Part shown: in pieces, positions 25,758-40,930 of the stretch
Numbering within the stretch: the stretch's first letter is position 1
Layout of the letters: every line of letters begins with the position of its first letter
Source: Octopus vulgaris
Taxonomy: Eukaryota
Assembly: GCA_951406725.2 (NCBI GenBank)
Contig: OX597821.1
Location: forward strand, 12,834,001-12,898,000
DNA length: 64,000 nucleotides
Direction: 5' to 3'
Program-made: the position numbers and the translations under genes
Notes under the pieces: model-generated
Told to the model about the DNA's origin: nothing
Seen by the model: the letters and a program-made list of their open reading frames with translations, nothing else
Database searches by the model: none

Positions 25758-27389
25758 TTATTTCTCACGTAGTTAATATGACGTTTGTCTTGTTTGTTTC
25801 TGAAATAAATTTTTAAAATGACATCAAAGAGATGACTTGAAAGATAATTTCGTGAAATGCCGTTTACAGGTAATATACAATCCGGGTTAAAATTGTTCAA
25901 TAAATCTGTGTAAACAAAAATTTTCTCAATTTAGCTTCCCAGTCATAACTATAGAATTATATTCTTCATTTTTGAATCACATTTTCGTTATCTGAAATCT
26001 TTATTTCATTATATATTATTTATAAAAATATTTTATTATTTTTTTTCAAATGGTTTATGCCATAGATTTACTTTAAAAAAAATTTTCATTGAAAATAAAG
26101 CTCTCTTGGTGTAATCTAGATAAATATTCTCCACATCGTAAGTATTGATTATCGATTATAAAAATATACTGACTCGTATTGGAAAATTTTGCTTGAGATT
26201 TCCGAAAAAATATTTGCCTACGTTTAGAAGTTTTCTTAAATGTATATTTCTTAAGACGTATTTAATTCACACGCGTTCACACACAGGATCACATTAACTC
26301 AATTAATGATAAGAAATAAAAGGTGACAGATAATTAGTAATTGCTTTATCTATTATTCCACGAAAGATGCTGCAAATCGTGAGTAAATAAGGAAACTAAT
26401 TTACTAAAGTAATGAAAGTTGATCGATCGAACGTCCAATGGATTGGAAGGATTTTGAACATTGGTGAATATTTGGAAAGCGAAGAATACAATAAGAAAAC
26501 TCCACATCAATCCTCACCCAGAGAGAATTGGAAGGCAAATGCAGCCATACATGACAATTCATTGGGCTTCGCATGAAAGTAAAACAAAATGATTTAGGTA
26601 GGAAACAGCGTTTTCCTGGGGGAAAATCTAATGTTTTATAGACGAAAATATAATATATGGAAATTCGGAGTTCGAGTATGTCTGCAGAAATCGAAATATA
26701 TGCCAGGAAAGGTTAATATAAATTCAACGTTTATTGTGTACGACTGATGTTCTAAGATGAATGGCAACGTCGGTTTTTATCGACTTTTGGACTAAGACCG
26801 TAAAGCTATATATTTAAGCCTCAGAATATAGTTTTTAAAGCATAAATTATTAATTCGGAGGATTCAACTTGAATTTGAAAATTTAAGTTGATTTTTTTCC
26901 TTGGTCTCTTTCTAAGGTTATTTCAAGTATACGATGATATTAGAATCAATATTTAAATATTTTGCGTTGAAGCATATCTTGTTCTTTTTCTTTTCATATT
27001 ATTTCATGGCGTTCACAATTAATTTTCTCCAGTCTGCCAACTGAAATAATGCTATGAAATTTTGCATTACTGAACCTACATAAACAGAAATACAAACCTA
27101 CGTAAAACATCAGCTGAATTTCCTTTTGTGCCTCATGTATATATAAATATATATATCGACACCCCAGAGTTATATCCACATATCCCGAAGCTTCACAATT
27201 AGCCTTTTTTTTATCGGAACATATCCACTTTTATGGAAAAAGAAAAAAGATCAACGATGCCATCTAAACTTTCCTCACCCCGAATACCAACACTGTCGAT
27301 AGTTTTCAGATATTTGTTGACAGTTACAATCTTCACTTCCTTGTCAAACGTTTATAATCATAGTTTCCACTCACATCCAACATACTCTT

Positions 27390-27444
27390 GAGTTTATAGT
27401 TTCAGCAACATAGGTGTCATGTGCTTACGATCGTCAGTGAACTC
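27390..27444 (-). ncRNA. Degenerate hammerhead-like motif
   Basis: gagttca-CTGACGA-tcgta-agcacatg..tatgttgct-GAAA-ctat-aaactc, with gagtt/aactc stem I and a stem II. Confidence 0.4.
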
Positions 27445-29064
27445 ATTGCTAACTCTCGGTATCAGCAGATGCTTCGTAATGTATACTAACAGTGCGTTTA
27501 CGCGCGTACCTGGGTGTATATGTGTGTACCATAAGAATTTTTCTCTTAAGGATCTTATTATTAGTATACGCTGATTTAGCTGATTTACATCTTATAAGCC
27601 TACATTCTAAAAAAATTGTGTTTCAGCAATGTGTGTTAGTGTTTCTATCAACAGCTATCCTGATGACATTACACATACTCTTTTCTTCATCTTCAACAAA
27701 GACTTACATCTTCGCGAACTACATCCGTCACCCACGTTACATTACCAGTTTCGGTGTCTATAGAGAGAAAGCTGTTGCTTTACTTCTTGCTAGGTAATCC
27801 GTTGGAAGATATTTCGTTCCTACCTCTAAGCAACTTAGTGACTGAGCGTGGAAATAAAGACACCACACAAGTTAGGGCCCATGTACAGTTTACTCATGTT
27901 GTCACTCAAGTTTACTCATATTGTAACCCGAGGATAAAACCAGCTGCCACGTTGTGTCTCTTTAGCAGAGTTCCACTCTGTTGAAAGGATTATGAGCACG
28001 ATTCCATTTTCAGGATAATTACCTCACCCATTGCCACCAAAGACGAAAACCCAGCAATGGCCCTTAACGCTGCCTCTCTCGGTGACTCCAATATTTACTT
28101 TATAAAGTATCAAAATTATTCTCATCAACACCCTACCAGCACTAGTACGAAGATGCTCACTTTATTTTCATCTCTCACCATTGATGTGTCAACGGTAAAC
28201 AAACTCTAGCCATTATCCTTAATGCACCTGACCCGATTCTTCTCTTCTTAATATTTCAAACGTGCTATAAATCTTGCATAAAAGACATCTTGCAGTGATT
28301 TCTTTCCCTTGAAGAAAAAACGTGTGGAAAGCTAGCTCTTTTAAACTTTCTTTCTCTCTCTACCTCTCTCTCGTTTCCCATCACTTATTGTCTAATAGTA
28401 GCTCATCTGAATATCAATAGCATCGCTCCAATTGGACGCGAAAGTCTATAAAAGCCATGAATAACAATCCATAGGAATAAATAATTCGTATGAAATATAA
28501 AGATATACACGTGTATACCTATCTAGCAAAGTATAAAACTCTTTCTGTCTCTCCCTATCTTTTCTTCATTTTCTGTGTGTGTTTGTGTGAGTAGGTGAGC
28601 GACGGTGTGAGCATATCTATATATATATGTACGTATGCATATATAGATATATAGATATATACATATATATATATATATATATACATACTTACATGTACAT
28701 AAATAAGCACACACACGTATATATGTATATATATACATATAAGAGTGTATGTATGCATATATGTATATGTGTGTATCAATACGCACATATATATATATAC
28801 ATATGTGCATGTGTGCGTGAGTCTATATGTGTATGTATGCATGTATGTACGTATTTATGCATATATGTATGTATCAATGAATGTGTATGTGTGTGCTAGT
28901 GCCTGTGCTTATGTGTATTCTTGAAATTTTCGATCGAAAGATCAAGAGGACCAGAGTTCAATAAAGAATCAATGGCGTTATAAAAACTGAGTGTGAATTT
29001 CTTTATCCAAGGTCGACCTTGGATAAAAGTGCATACATACGACCATATACACATGCATACACAC

Positions 29065-29134
<70 letters not shown>

Positions 29135-29855
29135 TGTATATATATATATATGTGTGTGTGTGCGTGTGTTTGTTTGTGTGTATGTATGTAGGTACGTACG
29201 TACGTACGTACGTTTACACACACAAACATGTATGCATACATCGATACGAAGAGTTATATATATATATATATATATATGTCACTCTTCGTATCGATTTCTC
29301 TCCATTTATCTCAATATGCGTATCAATCCATTCATTTGTCTACATGTATATATGTATATATGTATGTAAGTATGTATGTATGTATGTATGTATGTATGTA
29401 TGTATGTTTGTACGTATGTTTGTATGTATGTATGTATATATATATATGTATGTAAGAATGTATGTATGTATGTATGTATGTATGTTTGTATGTATGTTTG
29501 TATGTATGTATGTATGTATGTATGTATGTATGTACGTATGTATGTATGTATGTATGTATCTACGTATGTATGTATGTATGTATGTAGGTATGTATGTATG
29601 TATGTATGTATGTACGTATGTTTGTATGTATGTTTGTATGTATGTATGTATGTATCTACCTCTCTCTCTCTTATTTTAGTTATCTGTCTGTATGCATACA
29701 CAAACATACACACACACATACACACAGAGAGGCACACACACACACACATATATGTATGTTACTATATTTATATATAGATATTCATATATAAGCGTGGAGT
29801 CGTGTATGGTGGAAGGGGCGTGCTTTCGTGGGTGTGGGGCTATTTTATGCGTGTC

Positions 29856-30328
<473 letters not shown>

Positions 30329-30407
30329 AATATTCCCACATGCGTATATGAACACATACATACTCACACGCACGCATATATGAGTGGTATGTGAGTTTCT
30401 GTGTAGT

Positions 30408-30454
<47 letters not shown>

Positions 30455-31049
30455 TTTCAGTCTGCATGCACAGCAACGACGAAAACGCGTGCGAAGAGCA
30501 GTAAAAATATCGAAGTTCTTTTTTACACCGTTTACCACAAACTTTTATCGAGATAGAGACGGCTGTAATATTGTAATATTTTGGGTTTCAATCGGAATGT
30601 TTCCACTGAAGCGACATCAATTGAAACTTATCAATGCATAAGGGATAGAATAAATTATTGATGCAAATATGAATAAAGATGGAGTAAAGGAGAGGGGAGT
30701 CACACATATTTATTTGCGATCGCCAGTGTTATAGACACTTTCTCGCCCACTCTCCCTTCTCTTACGCTTCTAATTATATTTTTCGTTATCGTTTCATTGT
30801 ATCTCTCTCTTACCTCTAACATTTAGCGTTCTGCGCGTGTATATCCGAGGGCGTCGACTTCTATTTTTAATGGTGCGTGCGTGCGTGTAACTGAAATTAT
30901 TTCTTTCTTCCTGAATAAAATTTGCTATTTTGAAATTATTAGTTATATATTTTGTGTATGGTTTACATATGGATTTATAATTATACTTATACATATTGTA
31001 CACAATCACAAACACACACACACACACATATGCATATATATACATATAC

Positions 31050-31090
<41 letters not shown>

Positions 31091-31244
31091 AACATGCTTA
31101 CACATTTGTTAGTACTGAAGACCTATGGATGTGTACATTTGTGTGTGCATATATACATATGCGTCTGTACATATGTATATATATAGCTACACACATATAT
31201 TTATATATATTTATATAAACATATATGTCTATATGTCTATCTAA

Positions 31245-31286
<42 letters not shown>

Positions 31287-31568
31287 ATACATAAGTATGT
31301 GTGTCTGCGTGTGTACGTGTGTATGTATGCTTATATATATATAAGTATGTATATAGTCCATTCTTATGTGTAATATGGGATCGATGCATTGTATTGAGGT
31401 TTAGATTTCGATTCAATTATATATCTATTGTGCGCAAAATCTTCCAGTAATCATAATATTTTTCGTGTATATAGTTTCGAATTGTCTCGATGGAAACATT
31501 GTTATATTAGTGACTTACATCTCACAACTCCCTGAGAGAAACCACCTAGAATAGTAAATAACTATATG

Positions 31569-31635
<67 letters not shown>

Positions 31636-31679
31636 CACATCGATAATGCGACATAAGTCTGGATGGTCGGCTTTTATGT

Positions 31680-31925
31680 AGTGGCTCAATATACTATAAA
31701 TCGCCGCGAAATAGCCCTCAAACCACGAGCAGGGTTTTAATAAATATGATGAATACGATAAATGTAGTAATTTAGTTTTAGGTATTTCTTGGTTTGTAAT
31801 CTGTTCTGTAGCGTAACGTTGGTTCGGTCTTAGGTGTTACACGTCACATTGAGGGCCTCTGTCACGGATGTTGATCGCGAATCTGCGCATGTATGCGTAG
31901 CTCGCGAGCAAGATGCGTTTGATGA
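31680..31925. promoter_or_regulatory. CpG-enriched unique segment with promoter-like motifs
   Basis: tcgcga (31875), tgcgcatg (31884), gctcgcgagc (31900) and cacgtcac (31840) are clustered. Confidence 0.25.
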
Positions 31926-33145
31926 ATTCTCAATTAAAATTTATCAATGGTAACCTTTCAACTGATGTTTATCAACGGTAAAGTTTACCGACTTAGTCGA
32001 TACAAATTTGTGACGGTAACGTCGGAGGTGTTGCCGCTAAACGAAGAGAGCAACAACAGGTACGGCAATGCAACAAACACGGTCCTTCTGACAAAGCAAA
32101 ATCGGACTCAGTCGGATTTTGAACGCCGAAAGAGACAGTCAGGATGAATTCTGCTAGACATTTGTCCACTGACGCTCTAATAGTACTTCAAATATGTCTC
32201 CTTCGCAATAACCTATCAAATTTTGTACTAGAAGAGAGTAATTACGCTTTGTTCACCGTGTATCCATTTCTGCTTTAAAAGACACACTGAATAGTCTCTG
32301 GGATTTTCCCAAAAACTAAACTAGCAGATTTAAAGGTAACGTGTGAGAGAGAAAGAGAGAGAGCGGGACAGAGACAGAGACAGAGACAGACAGAGATAAA
32401 AAAATAAGAGAGAGAGAGAGAGTTAGTGAGAAAAGTAACGACTCAGTAACTGAATGGTACTCTATTTGTCGACCTATCATAACAAAAATCCCACTCGTTT
32501 TGATTTTTGAACAATGCGAGGTTGTCTATCTGTTAACTTGTGTATACCAATTCCTCACCCTTTATTAGATTCAATTGTTTAAAATTAGGATGGCCAACAC
32601 ACTAGTGTGTCAAATCTCTCAAAGGTTGATCTCTTTTCGCGTAGCTTTGGGATATGCTATGTTTTTAAGCATAATACATATTTAATTAGGTTTCTCCTGG
32701 GCGAAATACAGCAGCGATGTAGTGATTGCTAACACACATAATTTTAATATGGAGGGAGAGTAGTGTGTTATACTGAAGAGCAGAAATGACCGTGGAATAC
32801 CCATAGTTGTCACTTCCTTTCACATACGGGGCGATTTCGCTTTGCCTAGTTTTGAGATATGCTCTGTTATTTAAACACGATAGGTCTCTGGGCGAAATAG
32901 TGCGTTTTCACAGCATTTACCAACACGCATACAGAATTGGTAATGATAATGCTTACGTTGTTAAGCTCCTTCTAACACGGAATATTAATATATACACACA
33001 CACACACACACATATGTATATATATATATATATGTGTGTGTGTTGTAAACCATATATTTTCTATAAGATTTAGAGCCATTACTGTAATGTGTGCGCACAC
33101 ATACTCATATATACATATACATATGTACATACATACATACATACA

Positions 33146-33223
<78 letters not shown>

Positions 33224-34242
33224 CGACACGTACAAATACGATAAAAAGATAAATGTTCGATGACTTTTTGTTCGAAATGTATGCAAATGTTAAGCGCAAT
33301 GACAGTCGCGTTAGTAACATTAACAGGGAGATATGTCAACAAACTACAGCGCATAAATGATGCCTTTCAGATCAAGCTGACACAAGAAAGATTGTATGAC
33401 CTGATCACCCCTTAGTATTGAGAGTGAAGTTAAGACTAACGTTATCTTAAATGCAAGGATATTAACAACATTCACTTAGAAAAAGCAGAAAGCCAGCAAA
33501 ACATGTTGTTTTGCTATGACAATACCCAATTTTGTTTCGTTGAACTCGTTAAAAGAATTCCTGTGTTTCAACAAATAATCCCTCATTTCAATAAAAGTTT
33601 ACTGGGGGCTTTTTGGTTTTTTTATTTTACCCAAGATGTAATTGTTGATTGTTGCAGGTCGGCCATTTAACCAGTCACTCAATGGTAAATATAACATGAT
33701 TTATTGCTAAAAAATAAGTATGTTGAGAGACGGATATGCTTAGAAATTTGCATCTTTCTCGAGGGTTCAACACTTGGTTCCAGCAGAGAAGATAAATAAT
33801 TCCTTGTCGTGCGAGACAAAAATACTACAACTTATTTATAATTTCTCTACAACAGCCACAACAATATATAGAAAACACTATTCGAAAGCAAAATGGTTCA
33901 CTAACATCTTAAGACAATCACAAACACCACATTCGATCAACGGAAATAAATAACAATGGTATAGATAATATTCTTCATGCCAATCATGTACTACAGTGAT
34001 CCTTTTAAACCACCAACGCTCTATAGATCAGTATCAAAAATAACACCAAATGTCACACTATGCCTTATCTCATATAAATGACTATGTTTATACGTATGCG
34101 CACATTTTCACAGAAGCATATATGAACGTGTATACTCGCGCCATGCAGCATGCCCAAGGGCATTTATACATCCATATCTGCTACGGTTATTTTTAATACT
34201 TTTCTCGCTAGATTGCTTGTTCGTTTTTCTTTTGCCATCTCT

Positions 34243-34661
34243 TTCTCTACTCTTTTACTCTTTTATATGTTTCAGTCATTTGACTGCGGCCATGCTGGAG
34301 CACCGCCTTTAGTCAAGCAAATCGACCCCGGGACTTATTCTTTGTAAGCCCAGTACTTATTCTATCGGTCTCTTTTGCCGAACCGCTAAGTGACGGGGAC
34401 GTAAACACACCAGCATCGGTTGTCAAGCAATGCTAGAGGGACAAACACAGACACACAAACACATACATACATACATACATATATATATACATATATACAA
34501 CAGGCTTCTTTCAGTTTCCGTCTACCAAATCCACTCACAAGGCATTGGTCGGCCCGAGGCTATAGCAGAAGACATGTTCCCAATATGCCACGCAGTGGGA
34601 CTGAACCCGGAACCATGTGGTTGGTAAGCAAGCTACTTACCACACAGCCACTCCTGCGCCT
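34243..34661 (-). mobile_element. SINE family A, full length
   Basis: Reverse complement of 21521-21957. Confidence 0.9.
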
Positions 34662-34789
34662 GTAAAATCTGTAATTTTATTTTTGATATCCTATATAAAT
34701 GAAGATATTTCCTCCGTCTGGCTGCTTTTCTTTCTACAAAACAAGAAGTTACATTTCGGAACTGTTATTTTAACAAGTTGTATTTATTT

Positions 34790-35660
34790 ATCACCCGACG
34801 AAATACATCTACACCGCTGGATGCTTTGAAGCAGTTGGTCAGTGTCCCACTCATGAGGGATTTATGCTCGTTGTGTCGAAACAATTGTCGTGATTAATAA
34901 TAAATTCTCGTATATTCCATCTTCCATCTTTCATTTGCCATATACATAATGATGACTCTGAAAGTGACCGCGCTTTACCAGCAAGGTACCAGGTGTAAAC
35001 CATTAGTTTTATTATCCATTAACCACAATCAATTTCCGATTTCCGGGAGGAAGGAGCTATACGATACCGTACCAAGATGATGGATAAAATAACACTGGAT
35101 GTTTCGCTAAAGGACATACCTATACCCAGTAGGAAGGATTATATACATGATCTTTTGGAGAAAACGAAACAATTTGTACGTACAATGAGCTGGAAAATTT
35201 TTTTCGACAAGGAGCTTTAACCAAACGACGAAAAATATTCAAATCTAGAAGGAACCCACCGACTAACCAACACCTAACCAGGTTTGAAGAAGAATTATAT
35301 AGTATGGTTGAGAACGGGAAGTTCAGGAAGTACCCTATAAGTTATAATATACACATGCAGAAAATCAGAAATTACTTATCGACTTCAAGAAAGCTCTAGG
35401 GATACTTGTACCAGCGGACAAAACAAGCAACATTTACATTGTTGATATTGAACAATATAAGTCTATGATTAGGAACGAAATGCACAGCAAATATAGACAC
35501 GCTTGTAATGATGTATTAAAAAGAATTAAGAATATAGGGATACAAATCGTTAGAGATCTAGCTATAGATGATAGAACCGAACCCTACGTCCCTCGAAAAC
35601 CTCGGAAAATGCTTAAGAACCATAAGCCTAACTTTCTTATCGACCCCTCAGTTAAGTTCT
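34790..35660 (+). mobile_element. Penelope-like element 5' portion (pLTR with hammerhead remnant, disrupted N-terminal ORF)
   Basis: From 35077: VSLKDIPIPSRKDYIHDLLEKTKQFVRTMSWKIFF, FEEELYSMVENGKFRK, LVPADKTSNIY, LKNHKPNF. CTCATGA..GAAACAATTGTC at 34850-34889. Truncated near (TA)n. Confidence 0.8.
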
Positions 35661-35713
35661 ATATATAGGCAGATATATTATCTATATACGCATTTATATT
35701 ACATTTATTGTAA

Positions 35714-35782
<69 letters not shown>

Positions 35783-35785
<3 letters not shown>

Positions 35786-35995
35786 AAATGGTAATATTTC
35801 TTAGGGAATAAAATGATGTAAAATAATGTAATCATTCCATTTCAGGTGATGACATTATTTTACATCATTTTAATTCCTCACGAATAATACCAATGTTTTC
35901 TTCGAAGTATATGTCGGATATATAAAGATTTGAATAATACCTTCGTTTACCTCCATTTCTTAATTTATCTATGTCATACAAAATATTTCACTAAA
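35783..35995. repeat. Small asymmetric fold-back after (TA)n
   Basis: aaaatgatgtaaaataatgt / acattattttacatcatttt, with further pairing ggtaatattt / aataatacc. Confidence 0.65.
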
Positions 35996-36129
35996 CCCTG
36001 GAATTTCTACCTTTATAAGTATGCTGTAACATCCTTGGCACTTTATGAATTTTTGCTACCCTGGTAACTGGGTTTTTTTCCGTGTTACTTGTACACCTTG
36101 AAGAAATACACATACATTTATATACTCAT

Positions 36130-36332
36130 TACTCTTTTTTACTCTTTTACTTGTTTCAGTCATTTGACTGCGGCCATGCTGGAGCACCGCCTTTAGTCGA
36201 GCAACTAGACCCATGGTCTTATTCTTTGTAAGCCCAGTACTTATTCTATCGGCCGAACCGCTTGTGACGGGGACGTAAACACACCAGCATCGGTTGTCAA
36301 GCAATGCTAGGGGGACAAACACAGACACACAA

Positions 36333-36363
<31 letters not shown>

Positions 36364-36533
36364 CATATATACGACAGGCTTCTTTCAGTTTCCGTCTACC
36401 AAATCCACTCAAAAGGCATTGGTCGGCCCGGGGCTATAGTAGAAGACAGTTGCCCAAGGTGCTACGCTGTGGGACTGAACCCTGAACCATGTGGTTGGTT
36501 AGCAAGCTACTTACCACACAGCCACTCCTGCGC
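36130..36533 (-). mobile_element. SINE family A, full length
   Basis: Matches family A on the - strand. Confidence 0.9.
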
Positions 36534-38579
36534 TGTGTGTGTGTGTGTGTATTTGTGAGTGTGTTTTGTGTGTGAATGTGTGTGTGTGTGTGTGTTTGGT
36601 TACAGCGAGCGAACTAGTAAAAGCTAACAGCGTTTATTTTAGTTTCCCTTCAGCAATTCTTAATCTCCTTGCTTTAAAACTCATGTCTTCCTCATATCTT
36701 CTTACAGCTATTTTTATTCTTCGTGTATTTCTGATTCTTGTTGTCTTTTCTTCCGCAGGATTTGTCTATGCTTCATCTCAAATCCTACATTCACGCCCCT
36801 CTAATAATAATAATAATAATAATAATCATCCTGTTCCTGAATTTCCAAGACTAGTAGTTCCGTTTCTCTGTGATTGACAATTTCTTCTTATATTGGACTT
36901 TCTCTATATACTTGACCTTTCGTGTAAGCCAAAAATCTGTTCGTTTCAATAATCTTACTGTCTCACTCATTCGCTCACTCGCTCATATTTTTTTACTACA
37001 ACTCCTTCATTATGTCTGCTATATCTCATTATGTATATAAGTAGATCAGTATTTTCTCTCATTTCATTAATATTACACACTCACTGGCATACGCACTCTC
37101 ATTGTTCTCTCTCACTCTCATAGATCATTATTTTCTATCTTTCACAATTTATATAAAGAAGAGCCTGTTTTCTCTCAATTGAAAACGGGTCCTACATTTT
37201 CTTTTCCTTTTCCCCATCTCCACATTGATTTCTCAATCTTTCTCTCATTCTTTCTTTCTCTAACCCTATAACCAGACACAAGGAATCTTGTGTTTTTCTA
37301 TGTATCTATCTATGTTATCTATCTATAATATTGTATTTCTCCGGTTTCTACATTTCTCTGTACAATTACTGCTGTCCCTTTTCCCATTCCTATACTGTGA
37401 CAGAAATAAAAGCAAAAATGGACTCGTGACTTGGTCTATTTTAATAGTAATTTAATCAGTACTTTCTCTAATTTCTAACAATTCTTGTTTCTTATCCCCA
37501 AAATATTAAATAATATCTCTCCACATCTGCTTGCATACATGCCAACATTTACGCACATAGACAAACACACAAGCGCGCATGCGTGTGCACATAGGAAGCA
37601 AACTAACAACCATATTCATTCACATGTTATCAATTGTATACACACAGAAACTTGATTCAAGCAATCGTCGAATTAAACTAACTTAAAAGAAGCACCACCA
37701 AGGTTTATATTCATAGGAAATCACGCCATGATTCATACTGTAGTTACCTTTGTGCTCATATCCATGGAATCAAGGTGGATAGAAAGTGAACTTGAATGTT
37801 ACATAAGGACGACAAAGAGAGTGTGCTGACATCATTGACTAGACAGGAAGGAGTCGAGATAGAGTTGGGCTGAAAGATGAATTTGCAGCGTTTAGCGAGT
37901 GTTGGTGACTGTGTCTCAAGTTATAAAGGTGGGCATATTTATTTTTCATTCATTCATCACTTACTACAACAACTGAGGACGGTACGGTATCCACATCAGT
38001 GGCCGCACTTAAAGGGGAGAGTAAGTTGCTCCTTCCGATCGCAGACTGGTGTGGTACCTCGGGGAAGTGATAGCAATCTCTTAGCCTTCCGTGCCAGGGA
38101 TAAAGTGATCACGTCAGAAACAAGGCGCTGGATAACAGTCAACTGCTTGAAATTTATTGCGGCTAAGCGGAAGATCTGTACACTCACACAATAGTTGGGT
38201 TTCAACTAACAAATGAGATGTAAGATAACATTATAATCGACAATCCTTGTTCAACTCTTGTACACAACTTGGTATCTCCGGTGTGGGGCGGAAGGAGGCA
38301 GTCTGGTAGTGGGACGATGCCAACAGCCTTTCTCACCGTCCAAAGCGATGTTTGACTGAAAAGAACCATCAATGTCGACCTACGACGGACAACCAACTAC
38401 TACAACAACAACAGCTCCACCTCCTCCTCCCCCTGCTACTACTACTACTACTACTATTACTACTACTATTACTACTACCATTTAAGAGTATCAAGGTCAA
38501 CGCAACCGTGACCAACGAAACGTACATCAAGTCTACATAACCACCCCCGAAAGTAGCAACACTGCTAACATCGCAGCAA

Positions 38580-39680
38580 TGCCAAACACACAGATGATAC
38601 CACAACCACTACCACCACCATCACCACCAACACCACCAAAACTACCACCACCATAAACCTACAGCTTCACCCATAACGCGACCACTAGAACATATACAAT
38701 ACCTGCCACTCAACTACCCCAAATAATTGATCATTAGCAATACTAATATGTTCACTCTTACCACGGATAACAGCCTTCACTACGACAGTTACCATCACCA
38801 GTTACACCGCAAGCACTACGCTCACCTTTACTGTTTGCACCATCGTCAAAATCATAATAAATCTTCATCGTTATATCGCCAATACTGACTTAACCACCAG
38901 CATTACCACCAACAATACCAAATCTACAATCACTACTACCATAACCACAATCAACACAATCACCACCACCACTACAAAACAATCACAACCATCAGCACCA
39001 GATCTACAATCACAACCACCACCAGAATCACCACAACCATAATCTCCACCACCACCACCACCACAACCACACTCACCACCGCCTCTACAGCAACCATCGC
39101 CAGTATAACCACCACCATAACCACAATTACCACTACCACGACGATCACAACCACAACCACAATTACAACTATCACAACCAACACAACCACCACCACTACA
39201 ACCACTACCACAACCAGTCACCAACATTACTACAACCACAAACACAACCGTAATCACTACCTCCAATTACAGAATCAACATCACCTACAACACCATCAAA
39301 AGTAATACTATTAATACTACTAACAACAACACCAACTCACCCGCAACCACCATTAGATTCCCTATCAGTGGCTACCCCAAAAATTTCAAAACTACCACCA
39401 TTACTATCACTGCCGAAACTACCACTACTATAACCAAAGCTGTCACAAACAGTAGTACCACCTTCCTTCACTACGATATTCGGAGCTAATATCACGCAAA
39501 ACAGCTACGAACACCACCTCATTGATCACTACAATCACCACCGTCCCAATAATCACAACAATAAGCATTGCTATGCACCAGCACCTTCGCCAACTCCATC
39601 CTTCCTTTCACTACTGCCGCTAAAAACGACAACAACAACATCAACAATAACACCAATATCTTCATCATCGTAGTCATACC
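38580..39680. repeat. Degenerate (ACC/ACA/ACT)n low-complexity tract
   Basis: Decayed trinucleotide repeats with no continuous reading frame. Confidence 0.8.
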
Positions 39681-40025
39681 ACGAACATGTTAAATACTAA
39701 AGCAGTGTGCTTTGACGTTCTCGGTATTGAAGTCACGTCACGTATCCCCTTTGTCTGTCTTCCGTATAATTGTCCTTACCTATGATATATATATACGCTG
39801 AAAACAACCATCTATTATGGTATCACCTCATATGCAACACAAGTAGCAAAAGCTGTGAAAAGGCCACCATGTGTGTGCGTGTATGTATGTATATATATAT
39901 ATATATATATGTGTGCGTGTGTGTATATGTACGTATATACACATATATATGCATATATTCATGTATGTATAAATGTATTTATATATGAATATATGAATAT
40001 ATGAATGTATTTATTATATATATGT

Positions 40026-40099
<74 letters not shown>

Positions 40100-40259
40100 T
40101 TATATATATATAATAAATTCATTCATATATTCATATATACATATAGGAAGACAGAGGAAGACATATACACATGTATGTATGAATATATCTATGTGAGTAC
40201 TATGTATATATATGTATATATGTGTGTGTGTGTGTATGTACCTCTGTGTATATGTATCT

Positions 40260-40620
40260 TTTATCCTTATCTTGCATCTTTTATCTGTTTCAGTTGTTGG
40301 ACTGCGACCATGCTGGAGCACCGCCTTCTCAGGCTTACTCCAGGAAATACACCCAGTAATTACTTTTTGCCGAAGCGCAAAATTAAGTTGCTGTGTGTAA
40401 TTAGCTTGCTTACGAACCACATGGTTCCGGGTTCAGTCCCACTGCGTGGCATCTTGGGCAAATGCCTTCTACTATAGACTCGGGCCGACCAAAGCCTTGT
40501 GAGTGGATTTGGTAGACGGAAGCTGAAAGAAGTCCGTCGTATATATTTATATACATATGTGTGTATGTGTGTGTGTGTGTTTGTATGTCTGTGCTTGTCT
40601 CCCCAACATCGCTCGACAAC
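40260..40620. mobile_element. Rearranged SINE A: tail on - strand joined to head on + strand
   Basis: 40260-40378 is the 3' part in reverse; 40386-40620 is the 5' part forward. Confidence 0.75.
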
Positions 40621-40720
40621 GTCCTTGATCACAATTGACCAAAACCAGCTTGGAGCTACCCTGAAAGATACTTGTAATACAAAGGAAAGCTATTATTACT
40701 CCTCCACGCGAACAATATAT

Positions 40721-40930
40721 ATTTCTTTACTTACCACAAGTGGCTAAACACAGAGAGGACAAGCAAGGACAGACAAACGGATTAAGTCGATTATATCGAC
40801 GCCAGTGTATGACTGGTACTTAATTTATCGATCCCGAAAGGATGAAAGGCAAAGTCGACCTCGGTGGAATTTGAACTCAGAACGTAACGGCAGACGAAAT
40901 ACGGCCACGCACTTCGCCCGGCGTGCAAAC
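40721..40930 (-). mobile_element. SINE family B
   Basis: Matches 61829-62041 in reverse. Confidence 0.85.

Noticed and set aside
26412-26576. 54-aa ORF MKVDRSNVQWIGRILNIGEY..
   Set aside because: No motif or homology recognised, and the length is within chance expectation.
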